This document shows, one piece after another, positions 17,151 through 27,300 of a DNA stretch of 36,875 nt. The notes beneath the pieces are model-generated. The model had not been told where the DNA came from and searched no databases. It saw only the letters and a list, made by a program, of their open reading frames with translations. The stretch covers positions 1-36,875 of the forward strand of contig JAFSAX010000063.1 of the NCBI GenBank assembly GCA_017442105.1, given 5' to 3'. This DNA is from Selenomonadales bacterium (GTDB lineage: Bacteria; Bacillota; Negativicutes; RGIG982). Each line of letters opens with the position of its first letter. The first letter of the stretch is position 1. The position numbers and the translations under genes are program-made.

Positions 17151-17768
17151 ATGCCTCTTTGTCAAATGATCCGCCAATTACGCGAACAGCTCGGACTGTC
17201 GCAAGACGAGCTTGCCAAACGTCTCGGATACAAGTCCCGTTCTACGATCGCGAAGATAGAATCGGGCAGTAATGATATTCCGCAATCGAAGATAGCCGCC
17301 TTTGCCGCAGCACTCGAAACGACGCCTGCGCGCTTGTTGGGCTTGGAGCAACCCGCCGAGCGACACGCACCGCACACGACAGCATACACCAAGCGCGTCC
17401 CGCTTCTCGGCACGATCGCGGCAGGCTGTCCGCTGTTTGCCGAAGAGAACATCGAAGAATATATTGAACTTAGTGACAGCATCAAGGCAGACTTCTGCCT
17501 GCGCGTACAAGGCGACAGTATGATAAACGCACGCATCTACGACGGAGATATCGTCTTCATCCGCAAACAGCCCGATGTAAAAGACGGTGAGATCGCCGCT
17601 GTCCTCGTTGACGATTCGGCAACCTTGAAGCGCGTCTACAAGGAAACGGGCGCGATCCGCCTCCATTCGGAAAATCCGAAATATCGCCCGATGGTATTCA
17701 CGGCAGACAACTGTGACTCCATCCGTATCCTCGGCAAAGCCGTTGCGTTCCAGGGCACGATCTGCTGA
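17151..17768 (+). CDS. LexA/CI-like autocleavable repressor: XRE-type HTH plus S24 peptidase domain
   Basis: 205 aa. The N-terminal part IRQLREQLGLSQDELAKRLGYKSRSTIAKIESGSNDIP is a Cro/C1 (XRE) HTH. Candidate cleavage site is Ala91-Gly92 (TIAAGCP). Catalytic Ser123 (GDSM) and Lys160 (TLKRV) are 37 residues apart, as in LexA. GGGAGG SD lies upstream. Confidence 0.85.
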   Translation: MPLCQMIRQLREQLGLSQDELAKRLGYKSRSTIAKIESGSNDIPQSKIAAFAAALETTPARLLGLEQPAERHAPHTTAYTKRVPLLGTIAAGCPLFAEENIEEYIELSDSIKADFCLRVQGDSMINARIYDGDIVFIRKQPDVKDGEIAAVLVDDSATLKRVYKETGAIRLHSENPKYRPMVFTADNCDSIRILGKAVAFQGTIC

Positions 17769-17793
17769 CAATACGCACGCCGTATCCGCATAC

Positions 17794-17827
17794 AAAAAGG
17801 ACGTACCAAAAGGTACGTCCTTTTTTA
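17794..17827. terminator. Bidirectional terminator between the repressor gene and the convergent 148-aa gene
   Basis: AAAAA-GGACGTACC (17799-17807)-aaaa-GGTACGTCC (17812-17820)-TTTTTT. It overlaps the stop codon of the 148-aa ORF. Confidence 0.8.
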
Positions 17828-18271
17828 TTTGTTTTCATTCGCCGTCCAGACGGCTCGCATCACGCTCGGATACTCGTCTGTAATATGTTTAACGAGTACG
17901 TCCAGCATCGTATAGACCGTGTCGGCACGAAATGCTTCTGTTGTCGAAATAAGGCATACATCGAGATAGATGTCGCCATTTTCGGCAAGATAGTATTTAA
18001 GCGACTTATACGAACGGTTGCGCGCATTGCAGAACTGCTCGAGCCTGTCTGTATTGCCTTTTCGAGAGGCACCGGCTGCGACCTGCACGCGGATCACGGT
18101 ATAGATACTGTCGTCTAAGATGACGGCTGTCGGCAGGTTCTGTCCGCAAGCTTCTATCCGCGAACGAAAGACTGTCGTATGAAATTTGTCGTGCATTTCT
18201 TCCTCTCGGAAACAGCCGATCTTGTGTTTGTCGAGAAACTTTTGAAATATCTTTGCTTTTTGATTCATCAT
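17825..18271 (-). CDS. Hypothetical cytoplasmic 148-aa protein at the cdiI-like position downstream of tpsA; faint YbjN/T3SS-chaperone-like pattern
   Basis: No signal peptide or TM segment. Weak SD AAGGA lies 5 nt before the ATG. It is on the same strand as tpsA, 49 nt downstream of it. The family assignment is only a guess from the alternating pattern (FL..H.I.F......F......Q.L...V.LDD......V.V....N...L...CN..N......KYYL...GDIYLD). Confidence 0.6.
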   Translation of the reverse strand: MMNQKAKIFQKFLDKHKIGCFREEEMHDKFHTTVFRSRIEACGQNLPTAVILDDSIYTVIRVQVAAGASRKGNTDRLEQFCNARNRSYKSLKYYLAENGDIYLDVCLISTTEAFRADTVYTMLDVLVKHITDEYPSVMRAVWTANENK

Positions 18272-18283
18272 TATGATCCTTTT

Positions 18284-18319
18284 GCCCGCCCGACGATCAC
18301 CGAGCGGGCTTTTTATTTT
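18284..18319 (+). other. GC-rich hairpin with a plus-strand T-run, located between two minus-strand genes
   Basis: GCCCGC (18284-18289) pairs with GCGGGC (18304-18309), with two additional inner pairs, followed by TTTTTATTTT (18310-18319). On the coding (minus) strand the hairpin is followed by AAAAGG, so it is not a canonical terminator for tpsA. Confidence 0.35.
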
Positions 18320-18320
18320 G

Positions 18321-21300
18321 TCAGATCGTTCCTTCTATCACGATATCATCTTCGTCGGCGATCGGCGGAAGATTCTCTTGCCAATGACTGTCGTCGATAA
18401 GGAGATAACGCATGAACGGCGCATAAACATCAGCACTCCGCAAATTTTCAGCATCGAGATGATACAAGCTATTTTCTCTCGCGAGATCGAGCCGCATCAT
18501 ATCGACACCGCTCATGCTCTGACGATAGACGTCGTACCAGTCGTCCCCATTCAGATAGACGGCATCAGTAAAGATCGTCTTCGGTGCAAAGAACGCAAGA
18601 GATGTCCATTTACCAAGATCCGCACTGTCATGCCAAAGCTGGATGTTCGACTGATCGAGCCACGGTGCTATGCCGTAAAGTGTCACGCTCGTGCTGTTTG
18701 TGCTGAAGTATCCGACTTTGCCGATGCGCAGTTTCGGCAGGTAGAATCGTTCCGTATCGACATGCATGCGAACGATATCTCCATACAGTTCAGGTATCAT
18801 TACACCGTTTTTTGTAATGATATGGTTGATATTGAGGTAATCAAACGGCATATCCTTATCAGGCGACTGCGCCGAAATGACGAGCATATTGTCGCGATCT
18901 TCACGTTGCTTGATGGTGTCGATGTTCGTTTTACTGCTCGTGATATCGACACGTTTGCCTGTTGTTACCGTATCAGCGTTGAGCTTTTTGTCACTGTTTT
19001 CAACGGTGAAAATAACATTTTCGCCATCAATGGTATAGACAGTCACATCGCCGTCCCCTGCGCCGACCGATGCATCTTGTTTCGCATAGACTGCCGCGAG
19101 ATCAACATCGCCCTTCGCTGTATAGATGGATACGCTGTCATTGAGCGATTGTACTATATCGCTGCTTGTGATATCGCCCTCTTCTGCGACTGTCATTGTA
19201 ACCAGATCATCAGCCGTAATACGATTTGCATTGATCGCACCGACCACCGTCTGAACCGTCGCGCTCTCCTCTGAAACAAGCTCATTGATGGTGATATCGC
19301 CCGTCGTCGTACCGACCGATACATCACCCGTCGAGGTAAGGCTATTGATACCGATATCGCCTTGTACCTGCGCCGCAATATTCGTTGTACCCGCTATGTC
19401 AGCTGTATCTACCGTGATATCGCCTGTTGTAGTCGTGATATCTGCATTACCTGCTACATCGGCGGTATCGACTGTGATATCGCCTGTATCAGTCGCAATT
19501 TCTGCATTGCCGTTTGCTGTCAGGTCGTCCGCTTCGATATCGCCTGTTTCGGTCGTCAAACCAACGTTGTTACCGCTAAGTGTACCGATATCAATACTGC
19601 CTGTTTGTGTTCCTATGGTCGCATTACCTTCTACATCAGCTGTATCTACCGTGATATCGCCTGTATCTGCTTCAATGGTCGCATCACGATCTGCATCAAG
19701 GTTCGCAATATCAATATTGCCTTCTGCCGTACCGACCGATACATCACCCGTCGAGGTAAGGTTTTCAATGTCAATATTGCCTTCTGCCGTATTGACTGCT
19801 GCTTCACCTGTTGAGGTAAGATTACCGACAGCAATATTACCTGTTTGCGTACTGATTTTCACATCAGCACCGTTCACCGCAGACATAACTGTGATTTCGC
19901 CTGTATCTGTCTGCATCGTTACGGTTCCTGTCGTTGCCGTAACGGTACCTGTTCCCATAATATCGCCTTGTGTATGTGTTTGGATCGTCACATCGCTATC
20001 TGCTGTTATGTTTTTATCGTTAAGGTAGATATCGCCATTGGTATTATCCAACACGATATTGCTTCCTGTACCGATTGCCGAGAGCGACGATTGAAGCGCA
20101 AGAATACCGTCTGTATTGGTTACGGTGATATTGCCTTCATTTTCTTCTGCTGCCAGATACAGGTCTCCCGTATTGTTTACACGGATGTCGCCTTTTTCAT
20201 TGTCAAGGTAAAGTCCTTCGATATTGTTCACGCCGCCAAGATCGATACCGTCCTTTGCCCCTACTACAACATCTTCACCGTTGATCGTATGTTCTGCGGA
20301 TTGTATCACATGACCTTCTGCAACCAGGCCGATAGCATTTCCTTCGATCATACCATCGGTCAATGTGATATCTTTTTCCGATTGCAGATATACCGAATAT
20401 CCGCTTGTTGCGGATACACCTGTCGCTGTGATGGTACCGATCGTTTCGATACGGCTGTCGCTCATTACTTCAACAGCATATTCGGCCGTCATGTTTCCAA
20501 GTGTGATCGTGCTGTCTGCGACACCTTTTTCTGCCTGTGCGTCGATATAGATATTGTCGGCCGTCGCATTGACGGACTTGCCTCCTGCCAATACCCACAA
20601 TCCGAGTTCTTCCGTACCGATGTCACCGCCCGCATTGAGCGTAAGATCTCCGCGAACATTGATATAACCGAGATCATGTTCCGGCGAGAAGATATCCTGC
20701 TGCGAAGATATGACGGCATCGCCTGCCGCATAGACGGCAGAAATAGCAAGATCATCTCCGACCTGTGCGATATACAGGTCGCCTTCACTGCGCGCCGTCA
20801 GTTCTCCGCCGGCTTTGAGGACGATCGGACTGCCAGCTGTGCCGATACCTGCTTCGCCGCCTTCCAAGATGATATCTTCACCTTGAATATGGAGCGCACT
20901 GTTATCCGATCCACGCAGTGCTCTTTCGCCGAAAATGCGCACATCGCCTGTTTGGCTTGCTATACGATCAACGGTCAATGTCGAGTAGCGTGTATCGCTT
21001 GCGTTTTCTGCACTCGTTTCACGACCTGCCAAGAGAATATCGCCTTTGGCATCGACGGATACGTTGCCCGATGCGGCAATGCCAAGCGGTACTTTGCTGT
21101 TGATGACCGCAACGTTATAATGCGTTGTTCCATCTTCGGCTACATACGGATCATCGTTTCCTTCATACCATTGAATATCACTGTTTTCGGCACCGGCAAG
21201 TGTTCTCAATGCATCTATGTCTGCACTAAGCCCTTTGAGCTTGACGATCTCAACAGTATCTTCATTGATACCGACGCTGCCATTCGGTGATGACAAGGTG

Positions 21301-24300
21301 ATGTTTTTACCCGTGATATTGGCTTTTTTATCTTGATGTGTTGCACCTGTTTTGTTGATGACAGTTTCATGTATCGCATAGAGAAGCTGTTCTTCCGTCC
21401 AGTCATAGTCCTTTTCGGTAAGTGTTTTGGTCAACTCATGGTATACAGTGCCTTCTGTTTGCGCCGCCAAAAAGTCATCTGCCGAAGCATATCCGTCGAA
21501 CTTCGCTGCAAGCATTTGATAGGTTTCGCTTTTTGCTTCGCTCGGATTCTGTTCGTAGTATGTTTTTTGCTCTGCATAGTACGCATATGCATTGGCAATA
21601 CCTTCCCGATATTTTTGTGCATCTTGCTGACGTTTTTGCGTGAATGCGCCTTCGCCTTCGATCAGGCCGAGATCACGCCATTTTTGGATGCGTGCAGTCG
21701 CTTCGTTGTCGTCGACAGTGTCTTCTGCCGTAAGTGCATCGATGAAAGAGCCTTCTTTTGCAGTAAGCGTCACATCACCTTGCTCGGATACGATCGTGCC
21801 GATACGCATATCACCGTCATCTTGCGTAAGCGTTATATTGCCTTTTGCAGTTGCGTTGATACTTGCCGACATACTGTCTGTGACAAACGGCGTTTGTCCG
21901 CCGTGTACGATAAGGTCGACCGCACCGCCGCTCGTGAGATCAATACGATCGCCGCTGACGATGCTGCTGCCGTTTAAGCTCGTGATATCGCCTGTCGCCG
22001 ACAAGCTGATATTGCCTTGACCTGTCGTTACGCTGCTAACAGCCATATCACCGTTGATCGCGGCATCAATGTCGCCCACTGTCGTTTTTAGCAGCGTTTC
22101 TACCGAATCATTGCTTTTCGCCAAAGCGTCGATCCCTTGGATGCCTGTTTGAGCATTCATATTAAGGTGATTGCCGACCAATGTCGCACCGCTCTCTTGC
22201 GTGATCGCACCGCCCGATGTGACGTTGAGCCAAGAATCGTTGTTCGTATTGATGATCGTTCCGCCGAGAGTGACATCTTGTGCGCCTTGGATATTGATCG
22301 ATTGCTGACCTTCTCCTTTGATGAACCGAATCCCGATATCATGGTCGGCTTTGATGCTGTGCTGATATGTCTGCGACGAGCCTGTCGTGACAGTCCATCG
22401 ATAGTGCGTCGTTTTGTACCAGCCGAGGAATCCGCTTGTCGATTTCCACGATTCTACTTCAGAGCGTTCGTTCGATTTTACATCATTGTCATAGATGATG
22501 TAATAATCTTTATATTTTCCTGTACCGAGAGCCTCATCTCCGCCCAAGTTGGTGATCTCATCAACAACGTCGATATAGGCACCTTGCGATTTGTTTCCGC
22601 TGCCTGATGTCGTGTCGGTCGGACTATTCGTTTCTTCGTAGTTTTCCAGTTCTTCCGTTACATCGGCACCGCCCAAGCCCCACCAATCTTCCGTGGACTC
22701 TTTGTGATACGTCTTTTTCTCCGTCGTTTCCGTACCTGTCGTCCAGTTGTAACGGAGATCGTCCTTGACCTCATACTTCATGCCGGAATTGTAATCCGTC
22801 GCAGTAGAAGTACCGCCTCCGATCGGCGTTACCTTGACGGTGCTCGAGGTGATCTCTGTTTCTGTGCCTTTATTAAGATCGGTGATACGAATGAGGCCAT
22901 CGACGTGGTCGTTGTCGATCTTGCCTATTTCAATCGTTTTGTTCGCGGTGCTGACAATGTCGATATTCGCTCCGCCGTCGAGTGCGATGATCTTGCCGTT
23001 GCCCGTCGAGGCAATTCGTCCCGTCAGATAGATCTTACCGCCGTTCGGTGTGATATCGTCTACGATGATCTTGTCATTTCTCGGATCATAGTATGCTTGC
23101 ACTTCATACATGTAAGTGCCGTCACTTCGGAGAACGGCACGATTGCCGTCGTTGAGTTTATAGACTTTTTGTCCGTTGATATAGGCGACTTTTGCATCAT
23201 CGTTGTAGTTGATGTTCGCGATGGCATTATCGTCGATCGTGACTTGATATTTGCTGAATCCGCTCTGGATCGTTCCGTTGATATTGATATCGGAAGCGTT
23301 GATATAGACCTCGCCGCCGACGACCCAGCTGCCGTCTTGCTTTTTCGCCTCGGTGTCCGAGAACGAATCTTCGAGCATACCGTGTTTGTCTTTTTCCAAC
23401 CCGTTCGTATCCAAAACATCCTTTGCCGCAGTCTGGTTTTCGTTCGCTATACCTGCGTACAACGACTGAGGATCACCGCCGATATGAACGATACCGTCTG
23501 TATATCCTTGTGCAACAGCACCCGTTGCCGACAGCGACACGACTTTCGCTTCGATCCCCGCACCGTCGCCGACTGTATCTCCTTGAATAATGATGTCGCC
23601 CGCTTCGTTCGTGATCGTGACACTTCCGAGCATATTGCTTACCGAACCGCTTACTTCGACCGTCTTGATCGGAGTCCACGCATGTATATCACTGTTATTA
23701 TGGCTTGCGGACGTGATGCTCAATTTGCCGATATTCGTACTGAGAACATTGATCGTTGCTTCATGCCCTGTCGGGTCATCTGTTTCGAGCGTACCAAACC
23801 CAACATTCTTATTTTGATCGCGGTTTATTTTTTTGATCGCTTCATTATCGTTATCAGCAATACTTTGTCCGTTATATAAGAGTTCTCCGCCAACCTCGCC
23901 GATCGTCAGATCATTCAGTTTCAAATATGCCGAAGACTCGTTTGTAATATTGATCTGCGGCGCACCTTGCGCTGTGAGCGCACCACTGCCGTACAGATTG
24001 TCGGCATTGACAGTAATATTACCGCCCGACGATACGATGTCGGGAAGTTCTATGACATGAATGAGATTGCCTGCTACTTTGACAGGATAATACATCGTCT
24101 GATTGCCGTCGGTTACAGCAACCAACAAGCCTGCTCTGTCCATCTGCGCCAAGATGCGTTCTTGTTCGGCTTTGTATCCCAGATATGCAGAAAGGTCTTG
24201 TTCGCTGCCGCTTTCTCCGTACTTGCCTTGGTATTCATTCATCAATGCCGTGACTTCCTGATAGCGATCAAAGAGCATATTGCCATAGTCCTTCGTGCTG

Positions 24301-27300
24301 ACAACAGCACCTTCCATCGTTTCACCGTTGAGTGTGATGGTATAATCACTGTCACCGCCGCTTACAGCTTCGTTGCCCGGCGGTGCTACGATACCGCTGA
24401 TGACTACGTTCTGTGTTTTGTTCGTGCCTGTTGTGAGCGATCCGTCAAGCTGTGCAAAATTATTCGAAACCTTGCTTTTCATTTCTTGGCCTTCGGACGT
24501 ACCGACATACGATACTTCTTGATCGGTTCCGCCATAATACCATGCAAATCGTCCCGTCATCTCGCGGATCGATTCTTTGCCTGCATTGGCATGAATGTTG
24601 ATATGGCGCACACTTTCACCTGTTGCACCGCTCGCTACGATGACTTGATTGTTTTGCTCGAGTTGATGGTCAAGCGACGGAACTGCAACAGGAATGGCAG
24701 ATTTATTGTATGCTTCTGCCGACGTATCCATCGTGAGAGATGCTTGTTTCCCACTCGCATCCTTGCCTGCATACAGATTGATATCGTTCATGCTCTGCAC
24801 GCTGCCGCTTACTGTGACCGTATTGTTTCTTGTCGTTTTCGTGTCTGTTTCGGCTTCGGCACCGCTGACTGCCGCCGCAGGGATATCTGCTTCACTCGTC
24901 GAGGTAATATCAAGCGTATCGGATGCCGCAAGCGTAATGTTGCTGCCTGTTCCGCCCGTCTTGGAAACGAGCGTTTTACCTTGACCGAGCGTTACGTTAT
25001 CGGTCACGGTCGTTGTCGTATCGGCAATGGCGAATCCATCCCCGATGACCATACCGCATTCTACGACACTGCGGTTGGAAAGCTCTGCCTCGGTCAATGC
25101 TTCGTACGTCTGATATTTGTTTGTCGTGACGTTCGCATCGATCGCCACGTCTGCTTGTTTCGTCACGGTCATCGTGGCTACATTGCCTTGAATATTGACT
25201 GCACTGTAGTTGTCGCCTTCTGCCGCATACGTGTACGCATCACCCGTTTGGATGTCGTTTTTCGCAAGCACCTTGACATCATTGGCTGTGATATTACCGC
25301 CAAGTGCAACGCTTGTGTCACCTTTGATATCGTTTTTGGCAGTCGTTCCACTGAAGGTCGCCGCACCACCGCGAACCGCATCGGCATTGACATTGGAACG
25401 ATCTGTTTGGACAGCTTCGATCTCGACCGATCCTGCGACGTTCCAGTTACCGCTTACATTGACATTCGCATCGTTGTCCATGTAGCTTTCGGCACGTGCC
25501 GCTTCGTCGGCAGACAAGATCCCGCCGCCGTCGGATTCTGCTCTGGCATCATTATCAGCCTTGCTGTCTGCTTTGACAGTCAGCGCCCCGACTGTACCGT
25601 TTCCCAATACATAGACAGAAGTCGTATTGTCAGTCGTGCTCGTTGCGGCATTGTTGCCTGTTGCAACGCCGATACCGATATTGAGGTTTTCGATGTCAGA
25701 CTCGGCTTTTGTCTTGGTCGCACCGACAACAGTCAGCTTGGTCGTATCCTTATACGTACTGTTTCCGACGATCACGTTCGCTTGCGCTTCGACCTCTGCC
25801 TCGCTCGTACTTCCGCTCGCCGCAATGGCACTTCCGTTTACCGAAACAACGTCTGCTTTGGCAGTCGTTTCATTTCCTGTACCGACAGCACTTTCCAATA
25901 AGACGTTGTCTGCGAGAAGCTCGTTGCCGTCCGATACCGTAAGATTCGTACTTGTCATCGCACGAGCAGTCGCTTCACTGACCTGTATCGCCAAGATGCC
26001 GTAAGCATCGTTATCGACGATCGCATTGACACGCGGAACAGCAGTCGCTTTGGCTTCGATCTTCTTACCGCCGATCTGATTTTTATCAAGCGTAACATTG
26101 ACACTGCCTTTATCGCTTGCAGTACTGCTAAGACCGACACCATCGACGAGGCCGACTGCTCCGCCTTCGATCTCGGCATTGACTTGGTTATCTTTTTTCG
26201 CTTCGATCACAGTCGCAGCGTTCGCTTTGTCTTTGTTCAGCTTGCTGTTTTTCGCCGTTACATAAACATCACTGTCATTGTGCGCATCGGCTGCAAGCGC
26301 ACCGACTGCGACCGCACCGCCTTGTACACCGAACGATTCGGCTGTCATGCTCGTATCGTCTGTACCGCGAAGTATTACCTTATTGCCCGACATCGTCGCA
26401 TCAGACACATTTACCGCAATATTACCGTCAACATCAATATCGCTGACAGCCGCACCGATCGTTGCCGCGGCGACCGAGCCTTGCCATGATGTGACATGGA
26501 TATCCTTGCCGACCATATTGCCTGCTGTCGCCAAAACGTCGATCGAGTCAGCCGTAACAGAAGTCTGATCGGTCACGTTTGTCATGACGTTATGATGCAG
26601 ATCCAATGCTCCGACTGTCGCAAGGATCGTACCGACACCTGCCGCGACCGTACCGTTTTCGGCTTTGAATGCTTCCCGTACATCTGTCACGATATCGACA
26701 TCGCCATTTGCCGTGATCGTTGTTTGACTTACGGTTGTCGATACGAGCGAATCGCCCGTGCCGAATCCTGCTTTTCCTTGTGCTTGGTTGGCTTTTTCTT
26801 TTTCTGTCTGCGACAGACCTTTCGTAAGGCCACCTATATTTTTGAGCGTTTCGTCGTTGGCAAAACCGATCAGATCTTTGACATCTACATCGCCGTCGAT
26901 GACCATATTCGTATCGTCTATTTTTTTACCGATATTGGTTACCATGACATTGGCATTGATACCGCCGACACCGCCTGCACCGCCGCCGCTGACATGGTCG
27001 ATATCGCGTTCTTCCTCTGCACCGATGGTGACATCGTCATTTGCTGTGATCGTCGCATGGTCTACCGTGACTGTCGTTTTGCTGTCGATCGTATTGACGG
27101 CAACACCTGCACCGACACCGCCTGCGCCTGCACCGACAGCGACGTTGTCCGCATCGATATCGACACTGTTGTTCGCTTTTACCGTCACATCAAAGCCGTC
27201 GAGTGTACTATCCTCTACCGTCGTTTCTACCGTATTGTTGATGTTGCTGACGATGACAGACCCTGCTACACCGCCGCCGACAACACCGACACCCGTCGAT

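Noticed and set aside
17151-17768. Calling this gene canonical lexA.
   Set aside because: The C-terminal S24 domain is LexA-like. However, the DNA-binding domain is a Cro/C1 (XRE) helix-turn-helix rather than the LexA winged helix, and no GAAC-N4-GTTC box precedes it. It is better described as an HdiR/CI-like repressor. The true lexA may lie elsewhere.
19200-19880. Regular ~60-bp periodic repeats that could superficially suggest a CRISPR-like array.
   Set aside because: The period is an in-frame 20-aa protein repeat inside an uninterrupted CDS. There is no alternation of conserved repeat and unique spacer, no leader, and no cas genes.
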